From positions 240,001 through 272,000 of the forward strand of contig NBVN01000002.1 of assembly GCA_003056265.1 (NCBI GenBank): a DNA stretch of 32,000 bases, read 5' to 3'. Source of the DNA: Zestosphaera tikiterensis. GTDB taxonomy: Archaea; Thermoproteota; Thermoprotei_A; Sulfolobales; NBVN01. This document shows positions 1 to 7,890 of this stretch, piece after piece. Numbering within the stretch: the first letter of the stretch is position 1; each line of letters starts with the position of its first letter. Below the pieces are notes generated by a model that did not search any database, was not told the origin of the DNA, and saw only the letters and a list, made by a program, of their open reading frames with translations. A program made the position numbers and the translations under genes.

Positions 1-834
1 CACGATTAAGAACCCACTTATTAATGAGGATATTAAAGGTGAGGCCGCCGTAGCTAAAGCTTTAGAATCCATCGTAGGTAATGAAATCATCAACCCAAGA
101 GTGGTTAATATAGGTGTTATTACGAAATACGTCACCACATTGCCTATACCAACACCTACGGATGTGTTTAAAGGTATCAGTAGAGCTAGAAGTAAGACGA
201 AGATATCCATGGATAAAGCAATTGAAGAACCTGGAAGTATTGTCTGCAACTGAGGCGTTGGATCTACGGAGAAACCTCCAGTTAGCGATGAAATCAGCTG
301 TATTGCAGCACCCCCTAAAACCGTTATTAAAACATACTCGCGTTTTAACGCCTTACCCAACTGTATAACCCTAGCTATTGAAGAGCCTATAGGGTACGCT
401 AACTTCTCCTTCTCAACAAAGTGTTTATAAAAGACGTAAGCAATGATAGAGCCTGAAACTGAAATGGAGGTCGCGTACGTGAAGAACGCAATAGTTTCTA
501 TGCTTAAGTAGCTGTTGTGATACGCCCATGAAGGAATTCTTAAAGAACTCACGTCCCCTAACTCGTGAAGCATCGTATAAGTTATATACATGCCGGCCGT
601 TATAGTTGTGGATATAGCTATTCCTGAAGCGATTAAAGAACCTATGAAATGCTCTACAGGCGTGGGGGACTTTCTAAATATTAGCTTATACAGGATTAAA
701 TACATAATAGCAGCAACAACCCCAGCTATCTCAGCTGTCGTATAGCCAGTTACGGCATATCCATATGTATCGATAAACCCTTGAAGTAAGCCCGTTAAGA
801 AGCCTAAGATTAAAGCATTTACTAACTTACTCAT
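1..834 (-). CDS. Integral membrane protein; first 278 codons of a gene that runs off the left edge. Tentatively OPT (oligopeptide transporter) superfamily.
   Basis: Absent from the supplied ORF track because no stop lies inside the window. I checked every forward triplet from 1-3 to 832-834 and none is tta/cta/tca, so the reverse frame is open throughout. ATG at 834-832. Translation begins MSKLVNALILGFLTGLLQGFIDTYGYAVTGYTTAEIAGVVAAIMYLILYK... and contains several hydrophobic helices. EKEKLAYPIGSSIARVI resembles the conserved L-x-[FY]-P-[ST]-G stretch of OPT transporters. The start overlaps the stop of the upstream gene by 8 nt. Confidence 0.75.
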   Translation of the reverse strand, partial: MSKLVNALILGFLTGLLQGFIDTYGYAVTGYTTAEIAGVVAAIMYLILYKLIFRKSPTPVEHFIGSLIASGIAISTTITAGMYITYTMLHELGDVSSLRIPSWAYHNSYLSIETIAFFTYATSISVSGSIIAYVFYKHFVEKEKLAYPIGSSIARVIQLGKALKREYVLITVLGGAAIQLISSLTGGFSVDPTPQLQTILPGSSIALSMDIFVLLLALLIPLNTSVGVGIGNVVTYFVITPILTTLGLMISLPTMDSKALATAASPLISSLISGFLIV

Positions 835-1444
835 GAAGGCTCAACTCACGTAACTTATCCTCTATATAGATAGCCATCCCCTTAAGCTCTTCATCTCCTA
901 ATTTCTTTACGAGGCTTAAATTTAACTTCAACAGTTTTAAACTCTCCAGATATTCCTGAGTATTTTCTCTAAATTTAGGATCTTTAACCTTAGTATAATA
1001 TACTAAAGCCTCTAAAAGTGCGTTGTTAGCTCTACTTAATGCTAACTTACTTCCACAACCTTCGTAAGCGTTTAAAACCTCTAACTTAAACGTAGGTCTT
1101 AAAGGGTCTTCCTTATAAAGCGTTAATATACCCTCTATGTAAAGATCGAAATCCCCATCAACTATAGGGGCTTTAACCTTCTTCGCCGGTTTGAGAAGTA
1201 ACTCCCAAGGCTTAAATATAGATTTAAAGAAATACTTCGATTCTTGAGTTAAGTTTAAGGTTACTTCAGGATTAAAGCTAATGTTGAGGAAAGTCTTCGT
1301 ATGTTTATAAGGCTTTATAAACAGCATCCCCTCCAAAAACTCAACCCCCATGGGAGCTACGTTAAAACCGTTTTCACCTATCGTAACTATTAAAGCTTCG
1401 TGAAGGCGTAACCTTAGATACTTGCTGAGCAGCTGCTCTATCAT
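827..1444 (-). CDS. DUF447-like FMN-binding split-barrel protein, a family linked to methanopterin-type pterin biosynthesis neighbourhoods
   Basis: 205-aa ORF. N-terminal IVTIGENGFNVAPMGVEF looks like a flavin-reductase/split-barrel motif. Divergently adjacent to the MptE-like and beta-RFAP synthase-like genes. The family assignment is from memory of the motif and is not verified. Confidence 0.5.
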   Translation of the reverse strand: MIEQLLSKYLRLRLHEALIVTIGENGFNVAPMGVEFLEGMLFIKPYKHTKTFLNISFNPEVTLNLTQESKYFFKSIFKPWELLLKPAKKVKAPIVDGDFDLYIEGILTLYKEDPLRPTFKLEVLNAYEGCGSKLALSRANNALLEALVYYTKVKDPKFRENTQEYLESLKLLKLNLSLVKKLGDEELKGMAIYIEDKLRELSLHE

Positions 1445-1591
1445 CCCATTACCGAATATTTAATTAAATCCAAGGATAAAAAATGAGGTTTATTTAATCA
1501 ACCATCAATCAAGGATTTAAAGCTTTATTTAACACGTCAACGTTAAACTCATGACGTAATAGATGATGTTTAAGCTAGTGAGGAGCTGAGT

Positions 1592-2323
1592 ATGTCGGCT
1601 TCGGAGTTAAGGAATAGCCTGCTTTGGTGTATGATTTATAAACGAATTACAGATGAGTTAGGTTTTTGCGATGATAGGGATTACGTAGCTGGTAAGACCC
1701 TAGATGTAATTCTTCAAAGCTTTAAGCCAGATCCCCACACAACTCTTCAAGAATTGAAGAACATGTTTATTAATAGGAAGGTTTTAGTTATAGGTGCTGG
1801 TCCATCCTGTGTTCATACAGATTTAAAAAGCGTGTCAGCTTCTTACGATGTTTTAGTTGGTGCTGATGGAGGGTATAGATGCGCTTTAAGCAAAGGAGTT
1901 GAAACTCACGTTATAGTAACGGATCTCGACGGAGTTACATTAAACGATTTAATGAATTTTAACGGGTTTATAGTCATACATGCTCACGGAGATAACATCT
2001 TAAAGCTTATCTCGTGGATACCCCTACTTAAAGGTAGGAAAGTCCTCGGTACTGCGCAGGTATGTATACCTAGCTCTAACCTACTTGTTTTCGGCGGTTT
2101 TACAGACGGTGATAGAGCTGCTTACTTAGCTTTAAACCTAGGCGCTAAATCCATAGATGTTATAGGCTTTGACTTTAACGAAGTCGTAGGGCGATATTCA
2201 AAACCTGAGCTTAAAGAGGATACATTCGCCACAAAAACCAAGGTTAAGAAGCTTTTTTGGTGCAGAAGATTACTTGATTATATGGTGTGGCTGAGGGATG
2301 CTGAAAACCGACGAGTGTGTTGA
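1592..2323 (+). CDS. mptE: 6-hydroxymethyl-7,8-dihydropterin pyrophosphokinase, archaeal MptE-like (DUF115 family)
   Basis: 243-aa ORF with VLVIGAGPS, VIVTDLDG, IHAHGDN and GFTDGDRAAYLA motifs typical of MptE/DUF115. GAGGAG Shine-Dalgarno-like sequence just upstream of the ATG. Overlaps the next gene by 26 nt. Confidence 0.6.
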   Translation: MSASELRNSLLWCMIYKRITDELGFCDDRDYVAGKTLDVILQSFKPDPHTTLQELKNMFINRKVLVIGAGPSCVHTDLKSVSASYDVLVGADGGYRCALSKGVETHVIVTDLDGVTLNDLMNFNGFIVIHAHGDNILKLISWIPLLKGRKVLGTAQVCIPSSNLLVFGGFTDGDRAAYLALNLGAKSIDVIGFDFNEVVGRYSKPELKEDTFATKTKVKKLFWCRRLLDYMVWLRDAENRRVC

Positions 2324-3281
2324 TGGTTTAGCCATAAAAACATACTATAGAATTCATCTAGGCTTCTATAGGTTTAAAGACGATCCATACATATATGGTT
2401 CTTTAGGATCCGTAATAAACACACCCAACTTTACTATGGAGGTATGCGTTAGTGAAAAGTCTTTTTCCTCCGTAAATTCACCTTCAGAAGAATCTCGCGA
2501 GTTAATTGAGGGTATCCTAAGAGAGTTGAATTTACTTAAAAGTGGATTAACTATAAATCTAAGCGGTTATTTAGCACATCATGTTGGGTTAGGCTCTAGA
2601 ACGAAAATAGTGATGACCACGCTTAAAGCTATTCAAAAGTTGCTTAACCCAAGAATAGATATCGTGAAGAATGCCGTGAAATTCGGCGTAGCTCAAGTAT
2701 CGGGTATCGGACTCTATACATTCCTCAGAGGGGGTTTCATAATCGACTCAGGTCTTAAGAAATCCGCAGGAGGGTCTTACATACGACCTAAACCTTTAAT
2801 TAGGTTATTACTGCCTAGGAACTGGCGTGTAATCGTAGCGCTTCCAGAGGGGGTTAAAGGCTTACGTGAATATGAAGAAAAGCCCGCCTTAGATAACGTA
2901 GTAACACATCCAGAGCAGGAAGCCCTATATAGAAACCTCTTAATAGTTCTTAACTCCATTAAGAATAGAGACTTTAAATCATTTGGTGAAGCAATAACTA
3001 AAATTCAGGTGTTAACGGGTAAGTATTTCAGTAGATATCAAGGTGGTATCTTCTGCTGTGAGGAATCCGAGCACTTAGTTAATGCCTTAACTAAAGCGGG
3101 TGCTTTGGGAGTTGGTCAAAGCAGTTGGGGTCCTCTAGTCTATGGTTTCGTTGAAAGCGATAAGCGCGCATCAAACGTCATCCAATACTTAAGGTCTTTA
3201 GAGGGAACGTTGAAGTTCAGGTATTGGATTGCTGAAGTCCCCAATGTAGGGTTTGAACTATTTCAAATAAAGCGTATGTAG
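2298..3281 (+). CDS. mptG: beta-ribofuranosylaminobenzene 5'-phosphate (beta-RFAP) synthase-like GHMP-family enzyme
   Basis: 327-aa ORF. N-terminal IKTYYRIHLGF resembles the T-P-S-R-[IL]-H-x-G start of beta-RFAP synthases. HHVGLGSRTK is a GHMP kinase-type glycine/serine loop. Overlaps the MptE-like gene. Confidence 0.6.
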   Translation: MLKTDECVDGLAIKTYYRIHLGFYRFKDDPYIYGSLGSVINTPNFTMEVCVSEKSFSSVNSPSEESRELIEGILRELNLLKSGLTINLSGYLAHHVGLGSRTKIVMTTLKAIQKLLNPRIDIVKNAVKFGVAQVSGIGLYTFLRGGFIIDSGLKKSAGGSYIRPKPLIRLLLPRNWRVIVALPEGVKGLREYEEKPALDNVVTHPEQEALYRNLLIVLNSIKNRDFKSFGEAITKIQVLTGKYFSRYQGGIFCCEESEHLVNALTKAGALGVGQSSWGPLVYGFVESDKRASNVIQYLRSLEGTLKFRYWIAEVPNVGFELFQIKRM

Positions 3282-3296
3282 ATATTAGCTCCCTTA

Positions 3297-4523
3297 CTAT
3301 GTTTCAACACCTTTAACACAGTCTACTAAGTCGCTCCAATCAGCGTCGGTTCTGATACACGTATAGCATAAAGACGTTTTCGACGCTTTAAAACCTTTTG
3401 AAGTTAAACATTCAACTATTTTAGATAGTTGCGGGATGTTAACTTTAAGGAACCTAGCTATAGTTTGTACGTTATAAAGCTTAAGGTGAGTTAAGTCCGA
3501 CGTGGCTACGTCTAAAAGTTTAACTATTCTTTTGTATGTGCTTAAATATTGGTATTCAGCACCTACTGTGTTTTTAACTTCGTTTAAGAACTCTACGTTA
3601 TTTAAAGACCCCCTCCATAAAGGACCTATAACCGCTGTCTTACCACCGCAGACAGGACATCTATCTTCTTTCTTTAAACTTTGCACGTAATCTCTATATC
3701 CACACGTTAAACACAACTCTAAGTAGCTAAGTTGCGTTTCAACCATATTCAATGCTTTGTCAGCCCCTTTACCGACGCGGACAAAAACTCTATAGTAGTG
3801 TGCTTCATGATAAGCTAACAGTGGTTCTAAATATCTATCGCGTGTGGCTGCCCTCCTAGCCATAAACCCTAAAAGAATTCTTATACCAACATCATTTGGT
3901 ATGTCGTTCCTACTTAACTTAACGTCATAGCGTTTACTCCCAGCTTCAAATTTAAACCCTCCTAAGGTAGCTGTGTCTGTTGCCGTCACACATAAGACAC
4001 CACCCCTCCTCAACGCCCATATCCCAGCGTCTACGTAAGGTGCTGGAGTTCCGTAAGGATCTATATCAACTAATATGAAGCTTTTTCTTAATGTCTTAAG
4101 TAAGTAAAGAAATGCGTTAGCATCTAACCTGAACACCCTAATCTTCTCCCCTAAGTTGTTGAGTTTTACATTCTCTTTAATTAAATTATAAGCCTCTAAA
4201 TCTAAATCGTTAGCATAGGCTTCATCTATAGAAGGCACCTCAAGAACATATCTAATAGCCCTCACCCCAGTCCCTGAGAAAGGATCGGCAACTAGCAGAG
4301 GTTCACTACGTTTAGTAAATGTTTTAGTAAGCGTGGCTAAAACAACTACTGAGAGATCCCTATTTAAAGTCTGCTGGGGGTTATAGAAGACTGGAGCCCA
4401 AGCAGGTTCATAAACATTATCCTGCCTCAGATACTTCATAGGGTTAGGCACTTTTAATGTAGCCTTACCCTCACGAATCACTACATAATCGTTCAAGCCT
4501 GAAATATGCCACACCTTCGCCAC
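3297..4523 (-). CDS. trm1: tRNA (guanine(26)-N2)-dimethyltransferase Trm1
   Basis: 408-aa ORF with FYNPQQTLNRDLSVVV, DPFSGTGVRAIRY (SAM-binding) and VDIDPYGTPAPY motifs, plus the C-terminal Cys cluster CLTCGY...CPVCGG typical of Trm1. GTG start. Confidence 0.9.
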   Translation of the reverse strand: MAKVWHISGLNDYVVIREGKATLKVPNPMKYLRQDNVYEPAWAPVFYNPQQTLNRDLSVVVLATLTKTFTKRSEPLLVADPFSGTGVRAIRYVLEVPSIDEAYANDLDLEAYNLIKENVKLNNLGEKIRVFRLDANAFLYLLKTLRKSFILVDIDPYGTPAPYVDAGIWALRRGGVLCVTATDTATLGGFKFEAGSKRYDVKLSRNDIPNDVGIRILLGFMARRAATRDRYLEPLLAYHEAHYYRVFVRVGKGADKALNMVETQLSYLELCLTCGYRDYVQSLKKEDRCPVCGGKTAVIGPLWRGSLNNVEFLNEVKNTVGAEYQYLSTYKRIVKLLDVATSDLTHLKLYNVQTIARFLKVNIPQLSKIVECLTSKGFKASKTSLCYTCIRTDADWSDLVDCVKGVET

Positions 4524-4638
4524 ACTTGCTTAAACGCCATTGTTAGATTTATCCATGCAAATAAATCCCTACATATCAGAAAACATTGCCGTTAGAGTTA
4601 AAACAGCTTAAGTTCTACGCTGCTATTAAAGTCCTATT

Positions 4639-5025
4639 TTACTTTTTGAGTAATATGGCGTTTATTGTACCTTCCTGACCTGGGCGTGAGACAACTTTAG
4701 CTAAACCGACTTCAGTTTCTATTACAGCACCCTTAGTTATTATGGATCGTCTGGCGTATTCTTTATTGGACGGAGTCTCTACAACACGTAATATCTTAAC
4801 TTTCTTGTAAGTTTTTGAATCTGGGTCTAATACGTTAGCGTATGATGCTCTCTTCAACCTTACCTTCCTATTACCTCCTCTAGTTCTTATAACCTCAGCT
4901 TTAGAGACATCGCTTAACATAGTCATTGTTGGAAATCTACCTAGTTCATACTTCCTATTCTTCCTATGAGGTCTCTTCCTCCCCCCACTTATTTTCCTGA
5001 AGTCATTACCTTGATATACACCCAT
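4639..5025 (-). CDS. rps8e: 30S ribosomal protein S8e
   Basis: 128 aa. MGVYQGNDFRKISGGRKRPHRKNRKYELGR is the canonical S8e N-terminus. Confidence 0.92.
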   Translation of the reverse strand: MGVYQGNDFRKISGGRKRPHRKNRKYELGRFPTMTMLSDVSKAEVIRTRGGNRKVRLKRASYANVLDPDSKTYKKVKILRVVETPSNKEYARRSIITKGAVIETEVGLAKVVSRPGQEGTINAILLKK

Positions 5026-5096
5026 CGTGTTTTACCTCAGCGTCGAACGCGTTATCTACCACACGTAATTGAAATAAATTAAAGGTTAATAAGTGT

Positions 5097-5474
5097 TTAA
5101 CTTCCTCCGCTCTCAGCGTTTAATGAGATATATCGAGACAGTAGATTACATTTGTAAGGGTTATAATACCCGAGGCCGCATCTGTAGAGCTCCCTACATG
5201 TGAAGCACGGTATTTCCATAACTGGGTTTAAATTAACTTTTAAAGAAAGTTTCTCCCTAACTTCAGGGCTGTAAATTAACCTATAGGTTTTACGTCCTTT
5301 ATAAACTACCTGCTCCCTACGTATCAAACCCTTTCGAACAAGACTTAAGACGGCTTTAGAACCCTCTCTATTATCGACACCTAAAATACTCCATAACTCG
5401 CTTTGAATAACTCCACCTTCCTTACTACGTTCCTTAACGATTTCAAAGATCCGCTTCTCCAACTCGCTCTTCAT
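5097..5474 (-). CDS. tfeB: Winged-helix protein with C-terminal 4-Cys motif; TFE-beta / RPC34-like transcription factor subunit
   Basis: 125 aa. The N-terminal winged helix (IFEIVKERSKEGGVIQSELWSILGVDNREGSKAVLSLVRKGLIRRE) is followed by PCFTCRELYRCGLGYYNPYKCNLL. That C-x2-C-x5-C-x9-C spacing matches the [4Fe-4S] domain of RPC34 and crenarchaeal TFE-beta. Confidence 0.6.
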   Translation of the reverse strand: MKSELEKRIFEIVKERSKEGGVIQSELWSILGVDNREGSKAVLSLVRKGLIRREQVVYKGRKTYRLIYSPEVREKLSLKVNLNPVMEIPCFTCRELYRCGLGYYNPYKCNLLSRYISLNAESGGS

Positions 5475-5598
5475 TTAATACACCCATCCCATAAGTTAAT
5501 TAAGTTCCGAAGCTAATATAGCTGATACAAACTGAGCTGACATAGCGTGATTCCTTAGGTTCTTTATTAAAGAACATCCAAACAATTTTAAATAAACG

Positions 5599-6129
5599 CT
5601 AAATAAAGTTTTTAACTATCTCTAAATGCAGATATTCCCTATTACGTTCGTTAACTTCGTAAACCTTACACTCTTGGTTACGACATAATTCACTGATAAC
5701 GTCAGTGATTAAGTTCCTATGAATAACTGCTATAACGTCTTTATCGGATTTTAAAACCTTCTCTATGGTAGACTTTAATTTAGGTATGGAAAGTTCCATA
5801 GGCCCTACCTCATCTATGACTATTAAACCACAGTTGCTTAACGCATATTCGAGAGCTGTAACGCCTACGTTAATCGCTTCATCAACAATTACACAGTATT
5901 TACCTATTTTAGGTCCTGAACATCTAGGTACGTCAGCCCTAGCCAACCATCCTCTCCTCTGCGTAGCTATATCTACTATCTCAAAACCTAACCTAACACC
6001 ACCGGACCTGACTTCAGGGCAGAATATTCCACCTATAGAGAATTTATCCCTTAAAATATTTAAGGATCGCGTTAAAACGGTGGTCTTACCTACACCTGCC
6101 CTACCAGTTATTAAAACTTTAACTGACGT
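5599..6129 (-). CDS. Nucleoside-triphosphatase THEP1-like (P-loop NTPase). Start codon unresolved; coordinates assume initiation at ACG 6129-6127.
   Basis: The track ORF (5599..5946, TTG start) lacks the P-loop. The same frame stays open upstream to 6147 and encodes SFRGFKTSVKVLITGRAGVGKTTVLTRSLNILRDKFSIGGIFCPEVRSGGVRLGFEIVD.... That includes Walker A (GRAGVGKTT, 6105-6079), followed by IVIDEVGPMEL (Walker B). No ATG/GTG/TTG lies in frame between 6147 and 5947. GAGGG (6140-6136) sits 6 nt upstream of the ACG. Confidence 0.7.
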   Translation of the reverse strand, partial: TSVKVLITGRAGVGKTTVLTRSLNILRDKFSIGGIFCPEVRSGGVRLGFEIVDIATQRRGWLARADVPRCSGPKIGKYCVIVDEAINVGVTALEYALSNCGLIVIDEVGPMELSIPKLKSTIEKVLKSDKDVIAVIHRNLITDVISELCRNQECKVYEVNERNREYLHLEIVKNFI

Positions 6130-6135
6130 TTTAAA

Positions 6136-6140
6136 CCCTC
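6136..6140 (-). promoter_or_regulatory. Shine-Dalgarno-like GAGGG, 6 nt upstream of the ACG codon at the expected THEP1 start
   Basis: The reverse strand reads TAG AGGGTTTAAA ACG TCA GTT AAA GTT TTA ATA ACT GGT. The purine block overlaps the stop codon of the upstream HTH gene. Confidence 0.35.
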
Positions 6141-7117
6141 TAAAGCTTTATTAACTCTATCTTACTAGATTTACCTAAAGCAGATAAACTCTCCTCCAGC
6201 ATATGTGCCTTATCTTTATCTACAAGAACACTTACTTCAGCGTCTGTAAGCTCAGAAAGTTTCAAACACTCCAGTATTTTAATGGTTATCTCTTTCAAGC
6301 CATATCTACTGAAATCCACGGCGTTAACCGTAGCTATTAATTCATCATTTCTTATTAAGTAGTCCGGGGCTGACTTACGTAAATCGTAAACCCTCACTTC
6401 ACTACGGTTTAAATCTACAACTTTCTCCAAACCCTTTCTAATCGTTTCTTGGAGTTTAGGTGTTAAGTCAATAAGCGTTTCCTGCTGCTTTTCTTTAAAG
6501 TCCTCATGAATATACTCTAAAGTCACTGCTTTAATTACGTCCTCACCTAACACGGCAACCAGCTTCTCAGCGGTTTCAATTGTAACGTTACCACCTCTTT
6601 TTTCATACGCTTCTAGAGTTTTCCTAGATATGTTTGTTAAGTAGGCTAACGCGTTCAAAGATAGATTTCTCTTTAACCTACTCTCTAAGAACTTATCCTT
6701 ATCCACTTTCAGGTATAGTTCACCCTTCTTATATAAGGTTATTAACTCTTCACGATTTGAAAGTAGGTTGTTTAAAGTCCGCTCGTTAAGGACGTAAACC
6801 CCCTCACGTTCAAAGACTATGTTGTCATATACTTGCTGATCCTCCGAAACTACCAATGGGACGGCGTTAAACGCTAAGGAAGCCTTAACCAAATCCTTAA
6901 CTTCATCCTTACTTACGAAGGACCTATCCTTAACCCTCACAACCATATTAACTGTTTTTTCATCACTATATGTTATAACATCTATAGATCTTTCACGATG
7001 GCTTGTTGGGAAACTAATCGTTATGAAGTCTTTATTGCTGTACTTCAGAATATTCACTACGTCATTATATAACTTCCTTACCCTATCCTTCCTTGCTGAA
7101 CCCACCTTCTCTTTCAT
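6140..7117 (-). CDS. Conserved archaeal putative transcription regulator with central XRE-type helix-turn-helix (COG1395-like)
   Basis: 325 aa. LSLNALAYLTNISRKTLEAYEKRGGNVTIETAEKL is a typical XRE/Cro-type HTH, flanked by N- and C-terminal domains, as in the COG1395 family. Confidence 0.6.
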   Translation of the reverse strand: MKEKVGSARKDRVRKLYNDVVNILKYSNKDFITISFPTSHRERSIDVITYSDEKTVNMVVRVKDRSFVSKDEVKDLVKASLAFNAVPLVVSEDQQVYDNIVFEREGVYVLNERTLNNLLSNREELITLYKKGELYLKVDKDKFLESRLKRNLSLNALAYLTNISRKTLEAYEKRGGNVTIETAEKLVAVLGEDVIKAVTLEYIHEDFKEKQQETLIDLTPKLQETIRKGLEKVVDLNRSEVRVYDLRKSAPDYLIRNDELIATVNAVDFSRYGLKEITIKILECLKLSELTDAEVSVLVDKDKAHMLEESLSALGKSSKIELIKL

Positions 7118-7176
7118 ATTAATTCAATTACATAATACCTACTAGGCTATTAAGCTTTAATTTCTAAAATTATATC

Positions 7177-7890
7177 CTAAAAACGTTTATACTTAGCTAA
7201 AACCATGGCATGGTCTTTGTCGAAGGGATCTAAATGAACGACGTCTATTATTTCAAAGCCTCCTTTTTTAAGAACCTCTATCTCACTCCTGTAAACTTCA
7301 TCCGGTTCTTTAGTTACGTCTACACTCCTTGCTTTAATAGCTAGATATAGATAACCGCCGTCCTTAAGGAAGAACTTAGCGTTGTTATTAACTATAGCTG
7401 CTTGCTCAGGTTGTGCTATATCAGCGTATAGGACGTCAACCAACGTCGTAAGGTATGAGTAGCGATTAGGGAATCGAGCATCGGCTAATATAGGCACGAG
7501 ATTTCTTCTATCTTCGCAAACCCTAAGCAAATCCCTCACGACTCTCGGAGCGAACTCAACTGCGTAAACTACGCCCTTAAGCCCCACTAAATCGGAGACA
7601 TGGCTTGGTGTAGTTCCTGAACCAGCTCCTAAATACAGTACTTTAGAGCCTTCACTTATGACTAAATCTTTAATGCCCTTCAGTAAAGCTCCAGCCAACT
7701 TACTTCTGTAGGGATTCCACTCCCTATATTCAACCCCTTCAAATTGGAAAAGCCACTCACCATATACCCTCTTCCCAGGCACTAAGTTCTTAGTTGCGAG
7801 TTTAACGCTACCGTCTTCTAACTTAACTAGGTAAACTCCTTGATATCTATCGTGGTGTTTTACCTCTAGCACTTCAACCATTCTACTCAC
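7177..7890 (-). CDS. flpA: Fibrillarin-like rRNA/tRNA 2'-O-methyltransferase
   Basis: 237 aa with EYREWNPYRSKLAGAL, VLYLGAGSGTTPSHVSD (SAM motif) and ADIAQPEQ. A GTG at 7890 abuts the nop5 stop; ATG at 7881 is an alternative start. Confidence 0.95.
   Translation of the reverse strand: MSRMVEVLEVKHHDRYQGVYLVKLEDGSVKLATKNLVPGKRVYGEWLFQFEGVEYREWNPYRSKLAGALLKGIKDLVISEGSKVLYLGAGSGTTPSHVSDLVGLKGVVYAVEFAPRVVRDLLRVCEDRRNLVPILADARFPNRYSYLTTLVDVLYADIAQPEQAAIVNNNAKFFLKDGGYLYLAIKARSVDVTKEPDEVYRSEIEVLKKGGFEIIDVVHLDPFDKDHAMVLAKYKRF

Noticed and set aside
114-368. 84-aa + strand ORF from the track
   Set aside because: It is entirely antisense to a 278-codon open membrane-protein frame, has no recognisable motif, and its composition is typical of an antisense reading.
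5559-5575. Perfect palindrome GTTCTTTA-T-TAAAGAAC between the THEP1 stop and the tfeB-like start
   Set aside because: It is AT-rich and short. It is plausibly just a terminator-like hairpin or a chance palindrome in AT-rich intergenic DNA. No second copy or flanking repeat suggests a mobile element or operator array.
5765-6154. 129-aa + strand ORF
   Set aside because: It is antisense to the THEP1 NTPase gene, including its P-loop region. It is Ser/Thr/Leu/Pro-rich with no motif, so it is spurious.
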